This document shows positions 30,096-39,325 of a stretch of DNA of 50,825 nt, in pieces (positions within the stretch are counted from its first letter, which is position 1; each line of letters starts with the position of its first letter). Below the pieces are notes generated by a model. That model was not told the origin of the DNA. It searched no databases and worked only from the letters and a program-made list of their open reading frames with translations. The position numbers and the translations under genes were made by a program. The DNA is from a phage. The DNA lies in the sequence record PZ452600.1, one strand, 5' to 3'.

Positions 30096-30514
30096 TGGCT
30101 ATAACTGATAAAGGAGATTATCTTGAGTTTTACGAAAGAGATCCAACCGACACGAGAAAGGAAGTTAATCACCAGATAGATAGCTTTCAGTGGTTGACTT
30201 ATGCTCATCCTTATTTGCTAGCGTGGCATACGGTAAACGAGAATGAGAAGTCGAAAGTAACGGCGATGATTGATCAGCAGTCCGGCTTGGTTAAGGGGGT
30301 AAGCGATTTCATCATCCTGATTGGTTCAAACGGAAAATACCCCTTTGCAGCGATTGAGATCAAACGAGTTAATAAATCAGGCAAGGGGAAAGCATCACCA
30401 GTCAGCGATGAACAAAAGGCTTTTTTGCGTCGCGTTCGCAGCTTAGGAGGATTCGCTGCGGTCGCCTACGGATTTAATCAGTTTAAGTTAGCTATTGAAT
30501 ACATGCTTAAATAG
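30095..30514 (+). CDS. VRR-NUC-like nuclease
   Basis: TAATG overlap with helicase stop; 139 aa with ...FIILIGSNGKYPFAAIEIKR... suggestive of a PD-(D/E)XK/VRR-NUC core. Confidence 0.5.
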   Translation: MAITDKGDYLEFYERDPTDTRKEVNHQIDSFQWLTYAHPYLLAWHTVNENEKSKVTAMIDQQSGLVKGVSDFIILIGSNGKYPFAAIEIKRVNKSGKGKASPVSDEQKAFLRRVRSLGGFAAVAYGFNQFKLAIEYMLK

Positions 30515-30554
30515 CACTTTTTGTTAAAACTGGCGCGATGGATTGCGCCATAAT
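30511..30554 (+). promoter_or_regulatory. box cassette upstream of Dam-like gene
   Basis: box 30511-30530 overlapping upstream stop TAG; hairpin TGGCGC/GCGCCA; CATAAT 30549-30554. Confidence 0.5.
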
Positions 30555-30594
30555 TCAATAACACGAGATGGCTTTTAATAGCGGAGAAATGAAA

Positions 30595-31320
30595 ATGGCT
30601 AAAGATATTTTAGATAAAGACACATATGACGCATTCGTTAGCTTTGAGCAGTTGGAGAGAGAAACGTTTATAGGAAATGCTCTTGCAACTGGAGGCCATT
30701 ACCAGGCAGTAAAGCCAAATCAATATTATAAGGTAAGCGGCAACCGATACGCTGGAAGCACTACGCCGGACGTTGTGCGCGATATGTGGAGCACGCCTCA
30801 AGAGATCGTGGAGTGGATGGAATCAGAATTTGGTGAATACGATCTCGACGCGGCAGCAAGCCAGGAAAACGCAGTTTGCGAGAAGTTCTACAGCAAGGAA
30901 ACAAATTGCTTAAAGCGTTGGTGGGGTAGCAACAAGCACGTATGGCTTAACCCGCCGTACAGCAACCCAACTCCATTTATCAAGAAAGCAATTGAGCAAA
31001 TGGAGCACAACAACCAAATTGATGTTTTGTTGCCATCCGACAACTCTACAGCATGGTTTTATGAGGCGCAGAAAAACGCGGCTGAAATCATCTGGATCAC
31101 TGGCGAGGTTTACGAAGAGGGTGGAGTAGAATACTCCCGCACAGGAAGAATCGCCTTTGTGTCTGGATTGACTGGCGAGCCTGTACAGGGCAACAACAAG
31201 GGAAGCGTGATTTTTGTCATGCGCAAACTTAAAGAAGGCGAGGAGCAGAAAACGCGATACGTTAAGATCAGCGATATTTGCCCCTCTGTAACCGAACGCC
31301 GCGCGCGCAAACGGAGCTAA
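30595..31320 (+). CDS. DNA N6-adenine methyltransferase (Dam-like)
   Basis: Catalytic NPPY motif (WLNPPYSNP); GGAG 8 nt before ATG 30595; track ORF starts at 30568. Confidence 0.8.
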   Translation: MAKDILDKDTYDAFVSFEQLERETFIGNALATGGHYQAVKPNQYYKVSGNRYAGSTTPDVVRDMWSTPQEIVEWMESEFGEYDLDAAASQENAVCEKFYSKETNCLKRWWGSNKHVWLNPPYSNPTPFIKKAIEQMEHNNQIDVLLPSDNSTAWFYEAQKNAAEIIWITGEVYEEGGVEYSRTGRIAFVSGLTGEPVQGNNKGSVIFVMRKLKEGEEQKTRYVKISDICPSVTERRARKRS

Positions 31321-31324
31321 CACG

Positions 31325-31582
31325 ATGAAAAAAGAGAGAAGCGTTTATTTAAATGAAACTGGCGAGTGGTTGTTATTTCGCGCTATGGTGTGCGATGCAC
31401 TTGATAAAAACCCTAACGTGAAAAAGATGATTGATTGCGATCCGTGGGAATTTTCAAGCGCATTAGATATGAGCTTTGATGAGACAAGAAAACTCCCTCT
31501 TGAAAAATGGCACGAACAAATCAGAAATGATATGCAAGAGTTTGTAGATTCGTGGAATTTTCAGAACGGAATGATCCACTAA
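31325..31582 (+). CDS. hypothetical protein
   Basis: GGAG RBS; 85 aa; stop abuts a box cassette. Confidence 0.5.
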   Translation: MKKERSVYLNETGEWLLFRAMVCDALDKNPNVKKMIDCDPWEFSSALDMSFDETRKLPLEKWHEQIRNDMQEFVDSWNFQNGMIH

Positions 31583-31641
31583 TAGCACTTTTTGTTAAAA
31601 CGCCCGGCATTTTGTCGGGCATAATTATTTCATCGAAACGA
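31582..31641 (+). promoter_or_regulatory. box cassette
   Basis: box 31582-31601; hairpin GCCCGGC/GTCGGGC; CATAAT 31620-31625; second box CATCGAAACGA 31631-31641. Confidence 0.5.
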
Positions 31642-31657
31642 ACGTGAGGAAATGAAA

Positions 31658-31837
31658 ATGGTAGTATATAGCAAGAAAGCATTTGACCAGGCGCAACAAG
31701 CCGCACGCGAGGCGGTAAAAGGTGGAACGAAAAACAATATGCAGCTTGATTGGGGCGCTGCAATGATTCTACTTCGCGTTGCATATGGTCACTACCCATT
31801 AGAATTTGCGGAGGCATATTATAAGCATGAAGGTTGA
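31658..31837 (+). CDS. hypothetical protein
   Basis: GAGG 8 nt before ATG 31658; downstream of cassette 31582-31641. Confidence 0.45.
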   Translation: MVVYSKKAFDQAQQAAREAVKGGTKNNMQLDWGAAMILLRVAYGHYPLEFAEAYYKHEG

Positions 31838-32069
31838 ACAAGGTAGAGAGGCGGTATGGAATCACGCTAAAGAATGCGGAATAGCCGACGATATAAAGAA
31901 GATCGCGCAATACTTTGATATTGCAGATGTGAGCATAATTAGCGGCGATAAGATGACTTTCCTCAAGGAAAGGCCGCGAAAAATGGTAAGAGTTCCAGCA
32001 GTTCCAACAAAAATTGATTTCAAAGAGGCAATGGCTAAAATCCGAGAGCCTCGCAAATATTATAAATGA
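31827..32069 (+). CDS. hypothetical protein
   Basis: ATG 31827 overlapping upstream 3' end; 80 aa. Confidence 0.4.
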   Translation: MKVEQGREAVWNHAKECGIADDIKKIAQYFDIADVSIISGDKMTFLKERPRKMVRVPAVPTKIDFKEAMAKIREPRKYYK

Positions 32070-32074
32070 GGATA

Positions 32075-32135
32075 GTTATCATGTGGCGCTTGTTTGTTAT
32101 ACCGTTACCCGTTATCATCGCTGTTACAGTTATGT
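32075..32135. repeat. GTTAY repeat array upstream of HTH-phosphoesterase gene
   Basis: GTTATCA (32075), GTTATAC (32096), GTTACCC (32104), GTTATCA (32111), GTTACAG (32123), GTTATGT (32128) in a 94-nt intergenic region. Confidence 0.45.
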
Positions 32136-32163
32136 ACCATATAGTGATGAGATAGGTAGCAGA

Positions 32164-33279
32164 ATGAAAAATGTAAAAATTACAGATGAGCAATTCAAGA
32201 TCGAACGGGCGGCGGGTAAGACATATAAACAGATCGCTCAAGAGTACGGAATGAATGTGAGAAGCGTCGAGCGTCGCGCGGCGCGACTTGCAAAGCAAGG
32301 CCAGGTATCCACAATTGGAGCGCCTGGTTTTGGCGTTCATGGTGAGTCAGTAATGACTGACAAAGAAGGCAACATAATCCTAAAGTGGACTAAAACCAGC
32401 AAGGATAAAGAGCAATTAGAAGCATTAATGCGCGCAGCAATGGAGGCATTTAGCGAGGAAGTGCCGCGATTAGATCCGGTTCCATTACAGGAGCGCGACT
32501 ATAACGAAACGCTTTCCTTGTATCCGATCTTTGACATGCACTTAGGCGCTATGGCCCATAAGCACGAATGCGGCGAAAATTGGGATACTGCCACGGCAGA
32601 GCGCGTTATGAATAACTTTATCGACTATGCTTTAATGTGCGCACCGGATAGCGAAAAGGCTGTCATCCTGATTGGTGGCGATATGCTGCATAGCGACGGC
32701 CTGGAGGCGGTTACACCTGCAAGCGGTCACGTACTGGATCAAGATAGTCGATATGCAAAATTGGTTTACGTTGCCATCCGTGCAATGCGACGCGCAATCA
32801 ATAAAATGTTGTTAAAGCATAAACATGTTGAAGTCCAGATCGTAGAGGGCAATCATGACCAATCAGGAATGATTTGGCTGCGCGCAGCAATGGCGGCAGC
32901 ATATGAAAACGAGCCGCGCGTTTACGTTGATGTTTCACCTCGCGTTGTGCACCACACGCAATACGGAAAAACTTTCCTTGCGTACCATCACGGGCACACA
33001 GTGCGTAAACCGGAGACTTTGCTAATGATGTGCGCGTCAGATTGGCGGGAGGACTTCGGAAACTCAAAAACGATGTATGCGCACGTAGGGCACTGGCATC
33101 ACCAGACCGTGACAGAAACGTCGCTTGGCATCGTTGAGGTGCATAGCACCCTGGCGGCAAAAGACGCATACGCCGCGCGCGGTGGCTGGAGATCTCGACG
33201 CCGTGCGGCGGTTATCATTTACGACAAAGAGCATGGAGAGGTGGGGCGATTTGTTCACTATCCAGAAATGATGAATTGA
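32164..33279 (+). CDS. HTH domain fused to calcineurin-like metallophosphoesterase
   Basis: N-terminal HTH-like TYKQIAQEYGMNVRSVERRAARLAKQG; phosphoesterase motifs DMHLG, GGDMLHSDG, EGNHD, GHWHH; preceded by GTTAY repeat array. Confidence 0.65.
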   Translation: MKNVKITDEQFKIERAAGKTYKQIAQEYGMNVRSVERRAARLAKQGQVSTIGAPGFGVHGESVMTDKEGNIILKWTKTSKDKEQLEALMRAAMEAFSEEVPRLDPVPLQERDYNETLSLYPIFDMHLGAMAHKHECGENWDTATAERVMNNFIDYALMCAPDSEKAVILIGGDMLHSDGLEAVTPASGHVLDQDSRYAKLVYVAIRAMRRAINKMLLKHKHVEVQIVEGNHDQSGMIWLRAAMAAAYENEPRVYVDVSPRVVHHTQYGKTFLAYHHGHTVRKPETLLMMCASDWREDFGNSKTMYAHVGHWHHQTVTETSLGIVEVHSTLAAKDAYAARGGWRSRRRAAVIIYDKEHGEVGRFVHYPEMMN

Positions 33280-33425
33280 TGAATTTTTATTTAAATCAAT
33301 GACAAATTAAATCAAAAACTTGCAAGGGGGCGGCGTTTGTCGCCTCTTTTTTTTGTTTAATTTTTTTACCATGTACGTTTATCATGCGGTCAATATATTG
33401 ACTTTAATTAATATGGAGAATAAAA

Positions 33426-33641
33426 ATGAAAGATTTTATTAACGCAGCTACCGCCGGATCTGGCGGTTCATCTATCGCAAGCGCCGCTACAGGGCAGTTA
33501 ACCATTGCTATTGCCAGCTTTGTTTTAATGGCTGCATTCGGTGCATGGGGCGCTTACCTTCGCTGGCGTGATAGTAAAAAATTCCACGAGGCGATCGAAA
33601 AAGGTGATATTCAAAAAGCTATTGAAATCAGGGGCAAGTAA
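33426..33641 (+). CDS. holin
   Basis: 71 aa, one hydrophobic helix ([21 protein letters not shown]) and charged C-terminus; immediately upstream of endolysin. Confidence 0.65.
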   Translation: MKDFINAATAGSGGSSIASAATGQLTIAIASFVLMAAFGAWGAYLRWRDSKKFHEAIEKGDIQKAIEIRGK

Positions 33642-34132
33642 TGAGCATAAAGAACAGGGTAGCGGCGGCGGCCTTTGGCGTTGCGGTTGCCTTGACTTCT
33701 CCACTTCTTGAAGAGATCGAAGGGGTAAGATACAAGCCATACAAAGATATTGCGGGAGTATGGACGGTTTGCGCAGGAATCACCGGACCCGATGTTATCC
33801 TGGGGAAAACGTACACTAAAAAAGAGTGTGATGCTTTGTTGGCTAAGCATATCCAGGTTGCTAAAAAGGAAGTTGACAAGCAAGTTAAGGTTGACATTCC
33901 TGATAGTATGCGTGCAGCAATGTACTCATTCACTTACAATGCAGGTGTGGGAGCTTTCAGAAATTCAACAATGCTGAAACTCATCAACCAGGGGAAATTA
34001 AACGAGGCTTGCGATCAGCTTTATCGTTGGACTTATTACCATAACCCAAAAACAGGAAAGCGCGAGAAGTCTAAAGGCTTACTTAACAGGCGCAAGGTCG
34101 AATACAAATATTGCACAATGGATCTGAAATGA
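33641..34132 (+). CDS. endolysin (lysozyme-like glycoside hydrolase)
   Basis: TAATG overlap with holin; catalytic-triad-like spacing E-x8-D-x5-T in [26 protein letters not shown]. Confidence 0.8.
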   Translation: MSIKNRVAAAAFGVAVALTSPLLEEIEGVRYKPYKDIAGVWTVCAGITGPDVILGKTYTKKECDALLAKHIQVAKKEVDKQVKVDIPDSMRAAMYSFTYNAGVGAFRNSTMLKLINQGKLNEACDQLYRWTYYHNPKTGKREKSKGLLNRRKVEYKYCTMDLK

Positions 34133-34524
34133 TGAAGAAATTTTTAATCGCACCAATCGCAATGGCGGTGATCTTGTCTGGATGTTCAAGCGTTACGCCA
34201 CTGACCGGATTAATCGGCAGTAAGCCGGAAATCACAGCACAGGCTGGCGCGGAGAACGTGAAGCAGACAGTTGGCATTACAGCAAAGCAGGACGCCAGCA
34301 CAAAACAGGAAACCACAATAAAGGAATCTGCGGTTGACAAGGTGGACACGTCCATCAAGAAGGATTTCACAACATCAACCATTCAGGCCAATACCATCAA
34401 GGCAGACAAAATTCAGGTCGTGCAGGGTAATAACGGCAGATGGTACGATCCGGTAATCATATGCGTGGTTGTGTTAATTGTGCTGATTTGTCTTTACTGG
34501 AGAGAAAAGAAAAAGGAGGCTTAA
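34129..34524 (+). CDS. unimolecular spanin (u-spanin)
   Basis: N-terminal lipoprotein signal with lipobox (AVILSGCSS) plus C-terminal transmembrane helix ([16 protein letters not shown]); overlaps endolysin stop. Confidence 0.7.
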   Translation: MMKKFLIAPIAMAVILSGCSSVTPLTGLIGSKPEITAQAGAENVKQTVGITAKQDASTKQETTIKESAVDKVDTSIKKDFTTSTIQANTIKADKIQVVQGNNGRWYDPVIICVVVLIVLICLYWREKKKEA

Positions 34525-34541
34525 TGCCTCCTTTATTTTTA
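34511..34541. terminator. bidirectional terminator after lysis cassette
   Basis: AGGAGGC-TTAAT-GCCTCCT flanked by A- and T-runs; spanin stop codon lies in the loop. Confidence 0.6.
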
Positions 34542-34763
34542 TGCGTCGGGCCACATATGAGTTTCGTTTGTTGGCTTGTTCGATTCGTCGTACTGCCTTA
34601 CTTCAATGCTGCAAGTGTCGCCATACATTTCTGCAATCTTGCGCTCATTTTCAACCGCCGATTGCTCACTCCATCCAAAACCTCTGTCATAAATTGTCGG
34701 GATTTCAGCAGAAGATCCGTTGTCATGATTATATACGCGAACTACTAAAAACTTGCTGGACAT
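34539..34763 (-). CDS. hypothetical protein
   Basis: 74 aa; preceded by box cassette 34784-34843 and AAAGG RBS. Confidence 0.5.
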   Translation of the reverse strand: MSSKFLVVRVYNHDNGSSAEIPTIYDRGFGWSEQSAVENERKIAEMYGDTCSIEVRQYDESNKPTNETHMWPDA

Positions 34764-34783
34764 AATTTTACCTTTTGGTTGTT

Positions 34784-34843
34784 TCGTTTCGATGAAACAA
34801 ATATACCCGACAATAGGTCGGGCGTTTTAACAAAAAATGCTAT
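34784..34843 (-). promoter_or_regulatory. box cassette
   Basis: minus-strand ATAGCATTTTTTGTTAAAAC, hairpin GCCCGAC/GTCGGGT, TATATT, CATCGAAACGA (34794-34784); ATG 34763. Confidence 0.5.
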
Positions 34844-35034
34844 TCCATGCGCTTTACCGTAACCAGTAATACACCATCATCATTGCATAAAACATGTTCA
34901 GTGGTGCTAAAAGCGCGCATATCTGAATAAAGTAGCGTAAGTAAAGCATGAATAAAATCCTCATGTGATATTGAATTTACGGCGCAGTGCTTCAAGATCT
35001 TGTCTATTAGCTTTTGCCTGGAACAATTCATCAT
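34840..35034 (-). CDS. hypothetical small protein (uncertain)
   Basis: Ends with TAG embedded in box 34824-34843 like other cassette-flanked genes, but overlaps 34961-35356 by 74 nt; start unclear. Confidence 0.25.
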   Translation of the reverse strand: MMNCSRQKLIDKILKHCAVNSISHEDFIHALLTLLYSDMRAFSTTEHVLCNDDGVLLVTVKRME

Positions 35035-35356
35035 CGCCCATCTCCCCTATTCTAGCCATATCCCTGATCCAGTCGTTGCGCATACCATCCAGGCTATACA
35101 ATTCGAATCCGAAAGGCCGCTTTGACGATCCTTTGGACCAGTATTTTCCGCAGACCCCATCTATATAACCAGCCGTCATCATTCTTGCGCAAAATTCCTT
35201 AGATGCAAGGCTGGCGAACATTCGCGGCGTAAGTCCGGCGGCCCGTGCGAGCCGCTCACATTCTCTATGCTGATAGATAAATTTGGCTATGTGCTGCCTG
35301 TTAAACCAGTCGTATGACTCACACCATTTATACAGATCAAGCAAAAACATAATCAT
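34961..35356 (-). CDS. hypothetical protein
   Basis: 131 aa; ATGA overlap with upstream stop. Confidence 0.5.
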   Translation of the reverse strand: MIMFLLDLYKWCESYDWFNRQHIAKFIYQHRECERLARAAGLTPRMFASLASKEFCARMMTAGYIDGVCGKYWSKGSSKRPFGFELYSLDGMRNDWIRDMARIGEMGDDELFQAKANRQDLEALRRKFNIT

Positions 35357-36933
35357 CCCAGCAGTATTGGATTGACAAAAATAACACCATTAATCACACA
35401 AACATAATTTCTTTCTTCCAGCATTGGCAGCAAGTGCCCTTCTATCCTCTTCATTACGCCAGCCTGACCAACGAAAGGTTTTACCTTTCTCGCTGATTCG
35501 TACAGGGCGCGAATATTCAGGATCCCTTTGTTAGCCTTGCCGTGCCTCGTGATCAATTCAATCAATTTACCCATTTCAGCATCATCACCAGCATAACCAG
35601 AAGCATTGGCGGCGCTAATGTATGTTTTGCTCAACTCCTGAAACATGATCAGAGCCTCTTGCATTGTATCTACGTCGATCTCTTTCGACTTCTGCGGGTA
35701 TCCAGCAGGATTAAACCAGTTGCGTATAACATGCAGGACGGAAGCAAGCCTGATCACCTGTTTATCCATTTTACCCAGCGCACCGCGTAACATTGTATGA
35801 GAATACTTTCCTCCGTCTGCAAGATGCGGTTCCATATCCTGGCGAGCAATGTTGAGCACTCGCATAGCTGAACGGCTTATTTTCAGCGATATATTTGATT
35901 CGCTCATGATGTTATGCACCAATTGATAATATTGGGCTTTCAATTCAGAATCCACCGCCTCATAGGTAGAATCACCATTTTCATCAATGAATGAGCGACG
36001 GCCTAAGAATGATTCCTCGCGGACCAACAAAAAACGCTCACTAACACCGATGCCTCGCGATCCAGCGTCCATTATTCCGCTTATCGTTTCATCCTGGGCT
36101 ATAACGCTCATACATCCAAGCGCGCGAAAACTCATATTATTGTCAGCATTAGCGCGGGCAATTGATACGTGACCATTATCCCACGCCTTAAGCACTAACT
36201 CACTGTTAGTCTTCCTTTCGCTATTTGCATAGGTCAAGCCTAACAGACTGTTAATACTTGTTGCTTCATCAGATATTACGGCAAAGTTACCTTGCTTGTT
36301 GTTGATTTTCGCCAAGCCTTCTGGAGTTGTATCTGAAACAGGAAAAGTTATATCACACATTTTTTCCAGCTTTTCCTCCAGATCCTCTTTTTCCTGGTAT
36401 AGAGATTCCATATCAGCGCCGGATCTTTCGCTTTTCATCTCCTTTGCAAGACCTGCCAGCTTTGCCTGTATTTTCTTTCTTTCCTTGCGGCGTTGCTCGT
36501 TGATCTTCTCAACTTCCGCAATCATCGGAGCAATAGCCATGCTGTTGATCGCAGATTTACCAGTTGACGGCGGCTGGCTTGTAACGACGTAAAGCGCAGT
36601 CGGCTGATCGGTTCCGTGATAGTCAACCGTAAAGCGTCCAAGCATAGCGGCAGAAATGCAGCCGATAAAGTGCATGTAAGCCGATGATTCAGGGAATTGA
36701 ACGGATCGCGCAATGCTGCGTGATAACTTGCCGACAACATCAATATCATTACCAAGAGAAATAACGGGGTAGCGATCGTGACCGCTATTCACATCCTTTA
36801 CGTCGCCCCAAAAGCTGGACGACTGGCGATAGCCGTTAGCCTGAATTGATACGCGAACTGGTGAGAGGTTCTGGCTTTCAGCCATAGCGATTATTTGCTG
36901 TGGAGTTAATTTGTTCGTTTCTAATGAAAACAT
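35353..36933 (-). CDS. P-loop-containing protein (DUF3987/primase-associated-like)
   Basis: 526 aa; AAGGAG RBS; P-loop-like PPSTGKS; central charged coiled segment. Confidence 0.5.
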   Translation of the reverse strand: MFSLETNKLTPQQIIAMAESQNLSPVRVSIQANGYRQSSSFWGDVKDVNSGHDRYPVISLGNDIDVVGKLSRSIARSVQFPESSAYMHFIGCISAAMLGRFTVDYHGTDQPTALYVVTSQPPSTGKSAINSMAIAPMIAEVEKINEQRRKERKKIQAKLAGLAKEMKSERSGADMESLYQEKEDLEEKLEKMCDITFPVSDTTPEGLAKINNKQGNFAVISDEATSINSLLGLTYANSERKTNSELVLKAWDNGHVSIARANADNNMSFRALGCMSVIAQDETISGIMDAGSRGIGVSERFLLVREESFLGRRSFIDENGDSTYEAVDSELKAQYYQLVHNIMSESNISLKISRSAMRVLNIARQDMEPHLADGGKYSHTMLRGALGKMDKQVIRLASVLHVIRNWFNPAGYPQKSKEIDVDTMQEALIMFQELSKTYISAANASGYAGDDAEMGKLIELITRHGKANKGILNIRALYESARKVKPFVGQAGVMKRIEGHLLPMLEERNYVCVINGVIFVNPILLG

Positions 36934-36961
36934 TCGTTAGCTTCTCCTTTGTGGGCCGTAA

Positions 36962-37005
36962 ATTTTAACGGCCCAATACTACCCCGTTTTGTCAAAAAGT
37001 GCTAT
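36962..37005 (-). promoter_or_regulatory. box cassette (variant box)
   Basis: minus-strand ATAGCACTTTTTGACAAAAC, N18, TAAAAT inside hairpin GGGCCGT/ACGGCCC; ATG 36933. Confidence 0.45.
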
Positions 37006-37223
37006 TTGATCCGCTCTATTGCAACCAGAAGTCGATCAGGCTGGCGGTCGCTGTAGCACTCTCCTGTAATCCCATCCTTAAACGTAAAGTAAAGCGCCTT
37101 ATGATATGAAAAACCAATCAGCCAACCTACCGCCGTTTTTTTGATGGGCCTGACTATATCGCCAGGCTTGAAAGTCTTTGTGGTAGAATGCGTTACTTTG
37201 TAACGGTTTTCACTGTTTATCAC
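37002..37223 (-). CDS. hypothetical protein
   Basis: 73 aa; overlaps upstream stop; stop codon embedded in box 36986-37005. Confidence 0.45.
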   Translation of the reverse strand: MINSENRYKVTHSTTKTFKPGDIVRPIKKTAVGWLIGFSYHKALYFTFKDGITGECYSDRQPDRLLVAIERIK

Positions 37224-37606
37224 AGATATTTACCCTCAAAAAGATAACAGCCGCCAGCAGAGAATCCGACCTCTTCACGGTACAGGTTCCAGCGGTCGCC
37301 GCACTCATCAAAAACATAACCAGCAATGCTTCCAAGCGGTCGCCCTTTCTCGATCTGGTATCTCTTTCCCTGCTTAAAGTGCTTTTTGCACGGCATGTTA
37401 TGATCTACAAAAGTGCAAAGAACGGTCTTTGTGTTAATGGCGCGGTAATCATCTCGGTTTGCTGGAAGCCAACGGCTACCCTTAACAAGCGTCTTAACCT
37501 GGAACTCTTCCAACTCGATCACATCATTACTTCCTGAAATCTTCTGATAAACCGTTTTAAATCGGCCTTTCATCAATACGTTGGTTTCATTACAGATAAC
37601 ATTCAT
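37220..37606 (-). CDS. hypothetical protein
   Basis: 128 aa; AAAGGAG RBS; downstream of cassette 37626-37679. Confidence 0.5.
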   Translation of the reverse strand: MNVICNETNVLMKGRFKTVYQKISGSNDVIELEEFQVKTLVKGSRWLPANRDDYRAINTKTVLCTFVDHNMPCKKHFKQGKRYQIEKGRPLGSIAGYVFDECGDRWNLYREEVGFSAGGCYLFEGKYL

Positions 37607-37625
37607 GATCAGATCTCCTTTGTTT

Positions 37626-37679
37626 GTTCGATGTGATTATGCCAGGTTTTTACACCTGGCTTTTAACAAAAAGTGCTAT
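37626..37679 (-). promoter_or_regulatory. box cassette
   Basis: minus-strand box (37679-37660), hairpin GCCAGGTG/CACCTGGC, CATAAT (37641-37636), CATCGAAC (37633-37626); ATG 37606. Confidence 0.5.
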
Positions 37680-38386
37680 TTTGAGTTTGACTCAAATACG
37701 GCGCGAGCAAATCCGCGCGGAGTGAGGGAGCGGATCATCTTTGTGCGCGATGACTTGCCGCCAGTTTTGGCCCAGCCTGGATTATCTTTGTCTTTCTCTT
37801 TCGGCAGGATTAAAGCGCGTGGAGGAATAACAAAGCCGTTGCCAGTCCATAGGCATGTTTTCTTAAAATAGCGATCACGCGCCGGAATAATATCAGGGAA
37901 GTCGGGATGTTTATCATCTTCCGGAAGATAGCCAGCGTAATCGCACGGATGGAACGTATAATCAGGTTTTCGCCATAACGTTGACAACTTGCCAACCGGA
38001 TTTTCGATCATGTAAGGAACACCGAAATAATCAGCTATATCAGCCGCTATCCTGCAAGTGTCGGCGGCCTCATCCTGGAAAGATGGGTTCTCAAGGCGTT
38101 TTTTGGCCCAATGGCGAGATCCGCTATTTGCAAGGTCGGTGCACGGCGGAAATGCCATAATAAAATCAGGATTGCCCCACTCATTATTGATTGCCTTAAC
38201 ATAAAAAGCATCATCAATCCAGACGTTAACGTATTCGATATTCTCATGCTGTATGCGCACTGACTGGTAATCACCGTGATCGCCACCGTCAGCATTAAAG
38301 CAAATGCACTTATAGCCATTGTCAGCCCAATCTTTAACTGCTTTACCAGATCCATCAAATAGGGAGAATATTAAACCTTTATACAT
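37676..38386 (-). CDS. DNA (cytosine-5)-methyltransferase-like protein (short)
   Basis: Motif I-like FSLFDGSG, motif IV-like FPPCTDLANSG, motif VI-like MIENPVG; ATG 38386 with GAGG RBS; only ~237 aa. Confidence 0.6.
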   Translation of the reverse strand: MYKGLIFSLFDGSGKAVKDWADNGYKCICFNADGGDHGDYQSVRIQHENIEYVNVWIDDAFYVKAINNEWGNPDFIMAFPPCTDLANSGSRHWAKKRLENPSFQDEAADTCRIAADIADYFGVPYMIENPVGKLSTLWRKPDYTFHPCDYAGYLPEDDKHPDFPDIIPARDRYFKKTCLWTGNGFVIPPRALILPKEKDKDNPGWAKTGGKSSRTKMIRSLTPRGFARAVFESNSK

Positions 38387-38396
38387 CGTAATTACC

Positions 38397-38621
38397 TCAA
38401 AACGGAAAACAGCGCGCACAACCAGGATCGAAATCGCATCCACAATCATTAACAATAATAGTGGGATCTGCAAATATTGCGCTTGATTCAAGATCCATAT
38501 CCATATCACCTAAAGCCTCATCAAGAGTCTTAATTTTATATGCCACTTCAAGCGCCGCCTCTTTATTTAGTCCGGCATCTTCTGCCATTTGAAGGCGTTC
38601 AAAAAATCCATCTTGACTCAT
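38397..38621 (-). CDS. hypothetical Cys-rich small protein
   Basis: 74 aa; C-terminal CGCDFDPGCARC. Confidence 0.45.
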   Translation of the reverse strand: MSQDGFFERLQMAEDAGLNKEAALEVAYKIKTLDEALGDMDMDLESSAIFADPTIIVNDCGCDFDPGCARCFPF

Positions 38622-38734
38622 CGCATAATCCCCTTAATAACAGCCAAGATAATAGCTAAGCCAGCAGCAGTAACCAAAAATCCAACCGCTCCAATAATAG
38701 AATAAAAAAAGAAATCAATAGCTTTATCTATCAT
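38618..38734 (-). CDS. small hydrophobic membrane protein (38 aa)
   Basis: Not in ORF track; GAGGTGG RBS + ATG 38734; MIDKAIDFFFYSIIGAVGFLVTAAGLAIILAVIKGIMR; ATGA overlap with next gene. Confidence 0.4.
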   Translation of the reverse strand: MIDKAIDFFFYSIIGAVGFLVTAAGLAIILAVIKGIMR

Positions 38735-38776
38735 TTTCCACCTCATTTAAAAGGCGGCAAAACGCCGCCATATTAA

Positions 38777-39004
38777 TTAAAGAGCACGCCAACTTTGAAT
38801 ATAGAAAGCGTTTTCTTCCAGTAATTCTTTTAACTGATCTTTATTGTATTTTCGCACCTTGCCGCCTGGATGGATACCAATAAGATAGCCGCCTTTGCCC
38901 TCGGTGATAGTGATTTGGCTAATTCCGCAAGACTTATCAAGTTTTACAGCAACGCGGTGATGAGCGTCAATAGTTGCCATAATGTTTAAAACTTTTGCTT
39001 TCAT
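38777..39004 (-). CDS. hypothetical protein
   Basis: 75 aa; GAGG RBS; followed by terminator-like hairpin GGCGGCGTTTTGCCGCC. Confidence 0.5.
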   Translation of the reverse strand: MKAKVLNIMATIDAHHRVAVKLDKSCGISQITITEGKGGYLIGIHPGGKVRKYNKDQLKELLEENAFYIQSWRAL

Positions 39005-39112
39005 TTAAATATCCTCAATTGAAATATGAATGGCGTCGTGCTCTTTTTCCGTCGCCGCCGTAATGGTCATTTGCAACAGCCACCATCCGGGCATTTTTGA
39101 AAATAAATAGCC

Positions 39113-39325
39113 TCATTTCTTATTTTTCATCTTAAATTTATGGCCTGGAACACCAGCACCAATATATCCATCGTTGTATTCCATTAAATAAAGGTGAAGG
39201 CCATTATCTGAAATTACATGAGGATCTTCTTTGAGATTTCCCATTAGCGGGTATTCTTTTCCGCGCGTAAATCTCCAAGTTGAGTTATAAGTTTCTACGC
39301 ATTTAAGTTTTAATTGCTTTGCCAT
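39113..39325 (-). CDS. hypothetical protein
   Basis: 70 aa; overlaps upstream stop. Confidence 0.45.
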   Translation of the reverse strand: MAKQLKLKCVETYNSTWRFTRGKEYPLMGNLKEDPHVISDNGLHLYLMEYNDGYIGAGVPGHKFKMKNKK

